Part shown: positions 1-7,158 of the stretch, piece after piece
Layout: each line of letters begins with the position of its first letter
Numbering within the stretch: the stretch's first letter is position 1
Virus record (IMG/VR): IMGVR_UViG_3300009703_000006
Span: 1-31,215 of that record
DNA: 31,215 nt
Origin: a virus
Strand: one strand, 5' to 3'
Translations under genes and position numbers: made by a program
Notes under the pieces: generated by a model
What the model was told of the DNA's origin: nothing
What the model saw: the letters and a program-made list of their open reading frames with translations, nothing else
Database searches by the model: none

Positions 1-123
1 AACAGAAGTACCAACATCTACATAATCGTCCACACCATCAAATTGTAGCGAGTAGTTGCTTAATTTATCTTTATTAGTATTTTCAGGCATTAATATTTGA
101 GGTAATTTATAAGTAGAATTATC
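1..123. repeat. Terminal duplication. 1-123 is identical to 31093-31215 (circular-closure overlap), so the unique genome length is 31092 bp
   Basis: Base-by-base comparison of the first and last 123 nt of the window. The repeat lies inside an open reading frame. Confidence 0.95.
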
Positions 124-777
124 ACCCATTCTATACCACGCAACAGGACTTAATGAAGTTAAATCATTTGGAGTACCTGAATTGTAAATTGAAGTAATAT
201 TGTCAGAAGTTAAAGCACTATCATAAATAGAAACCTCGTCGATATTGCCTAAATAAAAATTACTAACATTAAGATATGAACCTATTGTTAATGACGTACT
301 TGCTGAGTTTGTACTTACTGAACCAATTGAAGTGTTTATTAGGTTGCCATCAAAATATAGTTTCAAAGTTTTTGTTGCATCTAAATATGTAAAAGCTATA
401 TGATGCCAAGTATTTAAAGTTAAACCAACAGATTGAAAACCACTATTTGTATCTCCTGTTGTTGTGTTTCTTACTGCTTTAACATTTCCAAACCTATCAA
501 TAATAATATCTATACCAGCCTTTGAGCCTGAACCTGAATTACTTAAAACATAATCATTTGTACTCCTTGTGTTTGATGTATTAATCCATAAAGAAGCAGA
601 AAAATCTCCATTGTCGTATGAACTAAAATTACCTACATCAACACTTTCGTCAACTCCATCAAAGGCTAAGCTCTTTGTATTGTTAAATGAAGGTGGGGCT
701 GGTGTAGGACTTTTAGTACCTCCTGAAGGTATCATAAAGACACCTTTTCTATTGCTTATATTAAAGAATGTTGGCAT
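1..777 (-). CDS. 5' part (259 codons) of a wrap-around gene for a tandem LamG/concanavalin-A-like lectin-domain protein. It continues from 31092 down to the stop at 30445 (474 aa in total)
   Basis: Manual minus-strand translation from ATG 777-775, which overlaps the upstream stop as TAATG. Sequence reads MPTFFNISNRKGVFMIPSGGTKSPTPAPPSFNNTKSLAFDGVDESVDVGNF...SASLWINTS...TWHHIAFTY...LYFDGNLI...LGNIDEVSIYDSALTSDNITSIYNSG...AWYRMGDNSTYKLPQIL. There is no stop before position 1. The frame runs through the 123-nt repeat into MPENTNKD... of ORF 30445..31182. It is missing from the ORF track because it runs off the window edge. Confidence 0.85.
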   Translation of the reverse strand, partial: MPTFFNISNRKGVFMIPSGGTKSPTPAPPSFNNTKSLAFDGVDESVDVGNFSSYDNGDFSASLWINTSNTRSTNDYVLSNSGSGSKAGIDIIIDRFGNVKAVRNTTTGDTNSGFQSVGLTLNTWHHIAFTYLDATKTLKLYFDGNLINTSIGSVSTNSASTSLTIGSYLNVSNFYLGNIDEVSIYDSALTSDNITSIYNSGTPNDLTSLSPVAWYRMGDNSTYKLPQILMPENTNKDKLSNYSLQFDGVDDYVDVGTSV

Positions 778-1241
778 TATATTGGTATTTCACATTTATT
801 ATAATTCTGTGGAAACCTCAAACCTAATTGGATTGAAGCACCACTTAATTCATCTTCAAATCTTTCTGTAAACATTTCTACTGTGCTTGATCTTACAAGC
901 TGTACTTTGTTCCAGTTTACATTATTTAATTCACTATTCAATTGCTCAAAGTATGCAATCAAATCTATTAGTATTTGGACACAATCACTTTTAACTTCAT
1001 TCTCATTGCTTTCATCCTTTCTTACAATATCCATTACAATTACTTGAAAGTTCCAAGTAAAGTCACCATCACCAGCACTTGCTGGTTGGTCAACTATCCA
1101 CATTAAAGGATAGTTAAAGTTCTTTAGTTGGTCGTGTTGTACTACTTCCCAAAGATTGCCATTGCCAAAGCTTTGCACTTGTTTGTGTGCATCAGCAAAG
1201 TCATTTAGTTGCTTTATTATTTGGTTATAACTAACTATCAT
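777..1241 (-). CDS. Hypothetical virion (neck/head-completion?) protein, 154 aa
   Basis: ORF track. Sits in the morphogenesis block, with an ATGA overlap to the upstream gene and a TAATG overlap to the LamG gene. No motif recognised with certainty. Confidence 0.6.
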   Translation of the reverse strand: MIVSYNQIIKQLNDFADAHKQVQSFGNGNLWEVVQHDQLKNFNYPLMWIVDQPASAGDGDFTWNFQVIVMDIVRKDESNENEVKSDCVQILIDLIAYFEQLNSELNNVNWNKVQLVRSSTVEMFTERFEDELSGASIQLGLRFPQNYNKCEIPI

Positions 1242-1786
1242 TTGTAGTACTTATAATCATCAAACCAACAATCATTTCTTGATCCTGTACCTAAATAAAA
1301 GCTTGTTGTATAAGCAGACTTTTTAGCATTAATATCGTCACTTGTTTCTTGGTATTTAGGATATAATTCTCTATTGTCAATTAAGTAATTAATTAACCTT
1401 TCATCATAAAATTCAGCTTTGTTTTGCCAATCATCTCTAAGGTATTGTAAATCTTGTGCTGTAATTGGTTGTGCATTTTCACTATTCTTTGTTGCAACAC
1501 TTTTATTTCTGTACTTATAAAGCATTGAAGTAGAACATTCATACATTGACCAATACACTAAAGACTTGGCTATGAAGTCGTCAATTAAAGTCTTTTCATC
1601 TGCATTTAAAGTACCAGCAATAATCTTGCTTTTTAAATCTTCATATAATGGTGTGCCTAAGTTTGGATGTACCCTCATATCCTGTGCCGTTACAATTGAA
1701 GGTAGGATTATTCTTTGGTCAACATTGTCATCAATTAAGCTGTTATTTTTTAAATAACTTTCCGATATAAATAAAACATTTGCCAT
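1238..1786 (-). CDS. Putative head-tail adaptor/connector protein, 182 aa
   Basis: Lies immediately downstream of the portal gene. The N-terminal pattern (IILPSIVTAQDMRVHPNLGTPLYEDL) resembles gp6-like connector proteins. Assignment is mostly by position. Confidence 0.45.
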   Translation of the reverse strand: MANVLFISESYLKNNSLIDDNVDQRIILPSIVTAQDMRVHPNLGTPLYEDLKSKIIAGTLNADEKTLIDDFIAKSLVYWSMYECSTSMLYKYRNKSVATKNSENAQPITAQDLQYLRDDWQNKAEFYDERLINYLIDNRELYPKYQETSDDINAKKSAYTTSFYLGTGSRNDCWFDDYKYYK

Positions 1787-1787
1787 A

Positions 1788-3647
1788 TTATCTTTTTTTA
1801 CGAATTACAGATTGCTCCCAAATGTGTCTGCAAAAAGGTCTATGAATAGTAGTGCCTGGTAATGTGTACCAACCACCTCTTTTAGTAAAGATGTCTATTC
1901 CTGTTTGGTTAAAATCATTTCTTAATAGCTTTAATTGGTCTAAAGTGTACAACCTACCAGCCTGAGCAAAGACAATCATTTGCTTACAAAAATCTCTACT
2001 TGTTGGTATAATTGCACTACCTGAAGCATCAGGTCTTTTAACATACTTATAAGCAACAATTATTTCTTCTGTTGGTTTCTGTATGCTTTTCTTAGCATCT
2101 TCAGTTGGTTTAAAATTAACATCTAAAGCACCAATGTTTTGAAGCTCTTGTATTATTTCATTTGTTTCACCGATAGATATTTCCATAGCTTCTGCTATTT
2201 CATTTGTCGGCATACTTGGTGTATCTATCAACATTGACATTACAGCCTTTTCACTATCTGTTAAAACTCTTTCAAGTGCAAAGTTGTATTTGCCTAATAT
2301 TTCTTTTTCAAACCTTTCAGCATCTTCAATACAAGTTATTTCATTTTGATAAGTACCTAAGATTTCATAATCATTTTCATTAAAACCAAGTTCTTTAAGT
2401 TGGTTAAAAATCATATCATCAAGCTGGTCATCCATCATAACTCTTTCTTGTGGTTGTAATGGTGGCAATCCTATCTTTTCTCTTATCTCATCTTGTGTCA
2501 TTACACTAACAGCAACAGCTTCACTTAATGGTTTACTTACAGGCTCAATTGGTAGTATCTTTAAAACTTTTGGAAGTCCATTGTAGTTTATAATCTCATT
2601 AAATACTTGCTCAAGAATGTCTTGTTCAGGTGCAATATGAACATTAGAATATATTTCAAAAGCTGTTCTTAATTCATCTGCATTGTTTCCTAATCCTGTT
2701 TGGTCTTTTATTCCAAATAACATTGGTGAAGTCACAGAGTGTGCAGTATAAATTTCTTGTGTAATTTGGTTGTTTAAGTTCAGGAATTGGTCGTTTCTAC
2801 CATCTATTGGAATTGGCATTATTTGTGGATGGTCACTATTTTGATCCGTAAAACTAAGTAAAGGCTTACCAGCATTATCTGTTCCTGTTGCATAAGACTT
2901 AAATCTCTGCTCTATTTCCATCATTTCTTCGTCACTTGGCTGACCATTATTGAAGCTTATAATGTAGCCTGTTGAAAGACCATTTCTAATATTTTGTATT
3001 GTAAAGTTACTTATCTCAGCATCTGCTTCTAAATAAGGTACAGCAGCTATATAGTCAGGCATAGGATATTCACCTAAGTCAGGTCTATATTCTTTATAGT
3101 AAATTATGTAATTTGTATCAGCATTAACTTCATCGTTAAATGGAAATAATTTTAATTGTGTAAAATCTTCATTCTCTTGTACGTTTCTTGCCTTCCAATC
3201 TGAAGTGTAAAAGTAAACATCATCTTCAATTCCAACCCTAACATCATTGAAGTTTAAATGGTCTACACTTACTATCTTCATATTAGAATTAACTCTAATC
3301 TGCATAGCAAAGCCACCAAATACTTTCTTGTCTTTAACTACTTTACAAAGCAAATCATTCATTGCACCATCCTCGCCAGGCATTCTTAAAAATGCTTCAA
3401 CCTGTGCTTCTTCACTAAAGGTTGCATTGCCATCAACAACAAAGCCTTGACCAACTATAAACCTTGTTTTAGTGTCTATTATGGTGGATTGCTTACTGCT
3501 TTCATTTAATAGCTTTACAAGAAAGTCACCATAACAATTCTTATAAGGTCTTTCACTTCCATATTCATACCAATCACCTTTTCTGCTTTCTTTAAAAACT
3601 GGTAATTCATATCCTTTGAAGTCTATTGGTATTAGCTTAACTGACAT
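1788..3647 (-). CDS. Portal protein with a C-terminal MuF/SPP1 gp7-like minor-head-protein domain, 619 aa
   Basis: Large ORF in the head module. The central stretch HSVTSPMLFGIKDQTGLGNNADELRTAFEIY looks portal-like. The C-terminus (IPTSRDFCKQM...RGGWYTLPGTTIHRPFCRHIW) resembles the Cys/His tail of MuF-family proteins. Confidence 0.65.
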   Translation of the reverse strand: MSVKLIPIDFKGYELPVFKESRKGDWYEYGSERPYKNCYGDFLVKLLNESSKQSTIIDTKTRFIVGQGFVVDGNATFSEEAQVEAFLRMPGEDGAMNDLLCKVVKDKKVFGGFAMQIRVNSNMKIVSVDHLNFNDVRVGIEDDVYFYTSDWKARNVQENEDFTQLKLFPFNDEVNADTNYIIYYKEYRPDLGEYPMPDYIAAVPYLEADAEISNFTIQNIRNGLSTGYIISFNNGQPSDEEMMEIEQRFKSYATGTDNAGKPLLSFTDQNSDHPQIMPIPIDGRNDQFLNLNNQITQEIYTAHSVTSPMLFGIKDQTGLGNNADELRTAFEIYSNVHIAPEQDILEQVFNEIINYNGLPKVLKILPIEPVSKPLSEAVAVSVMTQDEIREKIGLPPLQPQERVMMDDQLDDMIFNQLKELGFNENDYEILGTYQNEITCIEDAERFEKEILGKYNFALERVLTDSEKAVMSMLIDTPSMPTNEIAEAMEISIGETNEIIQELQNIGALDVNFKPTEDAKKSIQKPTEEIIVAYKYVKRPDASGSAIIPTSRDFCKQMIVFAQAGRLYTLDQLKLLRNDFNQTGIDIFTKRGGWYTLPGTTIHRPFCRHIWEQSVIRKKR

Positions 3648-3649
3648 AT

Positions 3650-4054
3650 CTATGATGGATTATATACATAATTTTGTTGTGTTCCTGTTGGTGTGTAGCT
3701 TGTATAATCAGGATTATCAGCACTATCAAATAACCTCATCTTGCCTTGCTCTACAAGTCCTGTTGCATTATCAGGATCAAGATTAGTTCCATTGTCTTGC
3801 TCATAAATAAAATAATTATAATATCCTGAACTACTTAAAATCAAGCTACCATTAAGTGCATCATTAACACCTTCTGTAAAATTGAATAAATTGAACCTTT
3901 GCTTTTGTGTTGATGTATCTGCAATAATACAATAGTAATCCACATTGCTTGTATCATTCTTAAAATGAAATAAATAATATGGTGATGCAAGTGTTGTCTT
4001 TTCTTGCAAAGTTACTGCAAACTCAGTTGATGTTCCTTTATTCAGATGGATCAT
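3650..4054 (-). CDS. Hypothetical structural protein, 134 aa (start moved to the internal Met MIHLNKG)
   Basis: ORF track 3650..4096. The upstream 14 codons overlap the 50-aa ORF, and ATG 4054 gives a short coupled overlap instead. Confidence 0.6.
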   Translation of the reverse strand: MIHLNKGTSTEFAVTLQEKTTLASPYYLFHFKNDTSNVDYYCIIADTSTQKQRFNLFNFTEGVNDALNGSLILSSSGYYNYFIYEQDNGTNLDPDNATGLVEQGKMRLFDSADNPDYTSYTPTGTQQNYVYNPS

Positions 4055-4190
4055 TTTTCTTTTTCTTTTTAGGCTTTTCAGTAAAAACATCAGCACCTAA
4101 GTTCTTTAACATTTGTGCATTTTCTTCAATGATTAAAACCTTGAAACCTTTGCTGTTCCAAATTTGATTTTCTAATCCTTTCTTAAACAT
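4038..4190 (-). CDS. Small ORF, 50 aa (MFKKGLENQIWNSKGFKVLIIEENAQMLKNLGADVFTEKPKKKKKNDPSE)
   Basis: Manual translation. It is the first ATG after the terminator at 4203-4231 and fills the gap before the next gene. Below the ORF-track size cutoff. Confidence 0.45.
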   Translation of the reverse strand: MFKKGLENQIWNSKGFKVLIIEENAQMLKNLGADVFTEKPKKKKKNDPSE

Positions 4191-4202
4191 ATTTTATATT
4201 TT

Positions 4203-4231
4203 AAAAAAAAAGGATGGGTAAAACCCACCCC
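4203..4231 (-). terminator. Rho-independent terminator downstream of the 171-aa abundant protein gene
   Basis: Minus-strand RNA reads GGGGUGGGU-UUU-ACCCAUCC followed by a run of 9 U (plus-strand A-run 4203-4211). Confidence 0.8.
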
Positions 4232-4270
4232 TTTTCAACAATTAAACAAAAGAACAATTAAGCAATATTT

Positions 4271-4786
4271 TTAAGCAATAGTCAATCCTGCAATAACTGA
4301 AGCTTGTACTTCATAGCAAGAATATTGTGACTTATCCATTAATTCAATTTGGTATTGGTTCGGATCACCAAACGCTTGACCTGTTTGAGCTATTAGGCTT
4401 GAACCTTCTGCAAAAGCATCAGCACCTAAAGACCAATATTTGCCATTGTTATCTTTAACAATAACAAACAATCTTGCTAATATCATTAATTTTAATTCGT
4501 TACTTTTGGAAGCAGCTAACTTATTTATAGTAAATGCAGCAACATTATCATAGAATGATGTGCCACCTACTGAGTCAATAGTAGCAGTAGAAGTTAAACT
4601 TCCTGCTTCTTTCTTTAACTCATATCTATAAAAGTTAGTTGCACCAGCTTGTGTGATTGCTGTGATTTCGTGGTTGGCAAGTGTAAAAGCAGTTACATTA
4701 TCTCTTTCAGAAATAAGCACTTCTTCAATACCACCAATGCTATCACTACAATCTCTTGTAAATCCTGAAGCTAATGGGCAACTCAT
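4271..4786 (-). CDS. Abundant virion protein, probably the major tail (tube) protein, 171 aa (start at MSCPLASG)
   Basis: Bracketed by two strong terminators directly after the capsid gene. The track ORF's extra 10 N-terminal codons (to 4816) overlap the terminator hairpin, so ATG 4786 is preferred. The pattern GGIEEV...FYRYE...VIVKDNNGKYWSLG...TGQAFGDPNQYQIEL recalls tube-type proteins. A decoration protein is not excluded. Confidence 0.5.
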   Translation of the reverse strand: MSCPLASGFTRDCSDSIGGIEEVLISERDNVTAFTLANHEITAITQAGATNFYRYELKKEAGSLTSTATIDSVGGTSFYDNVAAFTINKLAASKSNELKLMILARLFVIVKDNNGKYWSLGADAFAEGSSLIAQTGQAFGDPNQYQIELMDKSQYSCYEVQASVIAGLTIA

Positions 4787-4801
4787 ATTTTTAAATTTTA
4801 T

Positions 4802-4831
4802 AAAAAGGTGGTGCAATTAAACACCACCCTT
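4802..4831 (-). terminator. Rho-independent terminator directly after the major capsid gene
   Basis: Minus-strand RNA has stem GGUGGUG / CACCACC (plus 4807-4813 / 4822-4828, extendable with one G-U pair) and an 8-nt loop, followed by UUUUUAU. Confidence 0.8.
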
Positions 4832-4842
4832 AATGTTAATAA

Positions 4843-5787
4843 TTATGCTAATTCAAATTCAACCACTTGGTCACCGAATGCTACATTTACAGCTCTACGA
4901 AATGCCATAGTCACCTTATAAATTCGATCATTAGGATCATACCAACTACGAACATCATCGCTTTCTTCATCAGGCAAGTCAACACCAATGTAGATGTTTG
5001 AAGCTCTTAATAAGTAGCAGTTACCTTCAGTAATTCCTGAAAGACCAGGTGTTGCAACAACAGTTACATTAGGAAATCCAATTAATGGAAGTTCAGCAGT
5101 AAAATCACCATCAACAACATAATGGAAATAATTACCATCAGCTATTGCTTTTTGGTATTTTAAGAATGTGTCCATTCCTACAAATAATTTTAAATCATCT
5201 GCATCCATAATATCTTCAGGCATAACTTCTACCATTCCTGTTAAGATACCAATTACATTTGCTGAAGTAATACCTGTTGCAATAGTAATACCTGTTGGAT
5301 TACCATTTACAGGTGAAGCAGCACCAATCAATTTAACAAGACCATCATACTTGTTTAAGTTAGCAGTACCTGAAAGTGTATCTCCTTGCCAATCAGCAAC
5401 TTCAATAGCTTTTTGTACTCTTGCAACCTTTTGAGAAAAGTATAACTCTTCAAATGGAATTTCTTCTTTCTCACCAGTCAATCCTTGTCTAAGCATTGTA
5501 GCTGTGTATTTAGAAGCCAAGTCAGTCATACATAAATCTTCGTGAATTGCAACAGCACCAGGTGTTAAATCTCTTTGAGATAAAGTAGTAGAACCATCTG
5601 CTGATCTTGAACATCCATCAGCTTGAAATACAACATCTGTATCTAAGATGTTAATAGTTGTTGTGGTCTTAACACCAGGCTGCAAATTTGCATACTGTGA
5701 TAAACGACCACCAGCAACAGATTTTACTATCAAATCCATTGCGTGTTGTTCTGTATAGGCTGGTAAGCCTGAAACATCAAAACTCAT
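4843..5787 (-). CDS. Major capsid protein, 314 aa
   Basis: Follows the acidic scaffold gene and is followed by a strong terminator. Size and sequence character are typical of HK97-fold capsid proteins. Confidence 0.8.
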   Translation of the reverse strand: MSFDVSGLPAYTEQHAMDLIVKSVAGGRLSQYANLQPGVKTTTTINILDTDVVFQADGCSRSADGSTTLSQRDLTPGAVAIHEDLCMTDLASKYTATMLRQGLTGEKEEIPFEELYFSQKVARVQKAIEVADWQGDTLSGTANLNKYDGLVKLIGAASPVNGNPTGITIATGITSANVIGILTGMVEVMPEDIMDADDLKLFVGMDTFLKYQKAIADGNYFHYVVDGDFTAELPLIGFPNVTVVATPGLSGITEGNCYLLRASNIYIGVDLPDEESDDVRSWYDPNDRIYKVTMAFRRAVNVAFGDQVVEFELA

Positions 5788-5803
5788 AATTTTTAATTTT
5801 AAT

Positions 5804-6508
5804 TTAGTTAATAATATTTTTATTCTTTAGGACTTCGATAATGTCCTTTTTTTCATTCTTTAATTTAGCAAAACCACTTCTTTTTTTCTTTGCAGTTTCT
5901 GTGGTTGGCTTTTCCACTAACTTTTCAGTTAGTTCTAATAAACCTTTAAAAGCAGTTTCAAGTCTTTCAACCTTGTTTTTAAGTTCTTCATTTTCTTCAC
6001 TTAAAGTTGCTTCCATTGAAAACACTCTTTCAGTTACAATGCTTTCGATAATCTTTTTAGCTTCGCGTTCTTGTGCTTCATTCAATGGCTTTTCAATATT
6101 CATTTCTTCTTCTTCATCATCAGCCATTGGTTCTTCAGCCTCAACTTCTTCAATTGCAGTAATTACACCACCTTCAGTTGTTATAATTCTACCATCTGCA
6201 AGTTCGTGGTTTCCATCAGGAGCAGGAACCATTGCATCATCAATAGAAACAACAACTGCACTACCGATATTTACATCAGGTTCTGCAACTGCTACACTTC
6301 CATCTGCAAGAACAATATCTTCAAATTTTTCTTTAACAGCTTCAGCCATTTCTTCTTTGGTGGTTTCTTCAGTTGTTTCTTCAACAACCTCTTTAGTTTC
6401 TTCTGCCTTGATTGTAGCTTCAAGGACTTCTTTGGTGTCAGTAGTATCAACACCTTCTTCTTTAAAGACATTCTTGATGTCTTGAAATAATGTTTTTAGA
6501 TCATTCAT
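5804..6508 (-). CDS. Scaffolding protein, 234 aa
   Basis: Very acidic, Glu/Lys-rich, coiled-coil-like sequence (TKEVVEETTEETTKEEMAEAVKE..., EENEELKNKVERLETAFKGLLEL) located between the protease-like gene and the capsid gene. Confidence 0.75.
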   Translation of the reverse strand: MNDLKTLFQDIKNVFKEEGVDTTDTKEVLEATIKAEETKEVVEETTEETTKEEMAEAVKEKFEDIVLADGSVAVAEPDVNIGSAVVVSIDDAMVPAPDGNHELADGRIITTEGGVITAIEEVEAEEPMADDEEEEMNIEKPLNEAQEREAKKIIESIVTERVFSMEATLSEENEELKNKVERLETAFKGLLELTEKLVEKPTTETAKKKRSGFAKLKNEKKDIIEVLKNKNIIN

Positions 6509-6521
6509 TTTAAAATGGTTT

Positions 6522-6540
6522 ATAATTAGTATATATAAAA
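6522..6540 (-). promoter_or_regulatory. 19-nt motif TTTTATATATACTAATTAT (minus-strand reading), exact second copy at 16248-16266. Candidate late promoter or translation element
   Basis: Exact 19-nt repeat seen in the sequence. This copy lies 14 nt upstream of the scaffold ATG, in a 41-bp intergenic gap. Confidence 0.4.
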
Positions 6541-6549
6541 AAATTGTAT

Positions 6550-7152
6550 TTATTTCACTTTTTGCGAAATTTTATATTTCTTAATCACTTCTTTTATTTT
6601 ATTTATTACTTTTTCAGGTAGTTCAAATTCTCTATCTTGAGCAAATAATCCTTCTACACTAAAGCCACGAAATTCACCACTTTGTACTTGTTGCCAAACT
6701 TCATCATTGTCAACTTTCATAGAACCAAACCAACTGCCATCAGGCACAGTTTCTGCCCATTCAGGAGCTTTCATTCCACGCTTACTATCTACTATAATGC
6801 TTTCAATAACATAAACACCTTCAGCCAAAGCATTGGAATTGTGCATTAAATTCACCTTTGAGCTAAAGCCATTTTTCATAAACTTGTTTACAATCCTTTC
6901 AATAGTATCTTTTCTAAAGACTACATAAAAGACTTTGCCTGTATCATCAAACCTTGCTATTGGTAAATCAGCTATCATAAAATAACCACTTACAATTCGC
7001 TTTTCTTCATCTTGTATTTTAAACTTTAAGTCTATTGGTTTTTGTTCATTAAATGCCATCCAATTACTTTGTATTGCTGGACTATCTACAAGTGCTATCA
7101 TTTCAACACCACTTTCATCTTCTTCATCAATTATTAATTCAAATATTTTCAT
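6550..7152 (-). CDS. XkdF-like putative prohead protease, 200 aa
   Basis: Lies just upstream of scaffold and capsid genes. The pattern MIALVDSPAIQ...VNLMHNS...VIESIIVD...GSWFGSMKVDNDEVWQQVQSGEFRGFSVEG resembles the PBSX XkdF family. Confidence 0.6.
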   Translation of the reverse strand: MKIFELIIDEEDESGVEMIALVDSPAIQSNWMAFNEQKPIDLKFKIQDEEKRIVSGYFMIADLPIARFDDTGKVFYVVFRKDTIERIVNKFMKNGFSSKVNLMHNSNALAEGVYVIESIIVDSKRGMKAPEWAETVPDGSWFGSMKVDNDEVWQQVQSGEFRGFSVEGLFAQDREFELPEKVINKIKEVIKKYKISQKVK

Positions 7153-7158
7153 AATATA

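Noticed and set aside
1-123. The 123-bp end repeat as a genuine direct terminal repeat of the virion DNA
   Set aside because: It falls in the middle of a continuous coding frame and has a length typical of assembler k-mer overlaps. A circular-closure artefact is more likely, but only read-terminus data can settle this.
569-871. Plus-strand ORF of 100 aa near the window start
   Set aside because: It lies antisense to the LamG reading frame, which has a clear domain signature, and it crosses the boundary between two minus-strand genes.
4787-4816. Longer N-termini given by the ORF track for 4271..4816, 3650..4096 and 9141..9617
   Set aside because: The extra codons overlap a terminator hairpin or the preceding gene. 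Internal ATGs at 4786, 4054 and 9539 give compact, coupled arrangements.
5841-6490. Plus-strand ORFs 5841..6485 (214 aa) and 6071..6490 (139 aa), antisense to the scaffold gene
   Set aside because: They are low-complexity Ser/Phe/Leu-rich shadows of the GAA/AAG-rich scaffold coding sequence. Every supported gene is on the minus strand, and these ORFs have no independent signals.
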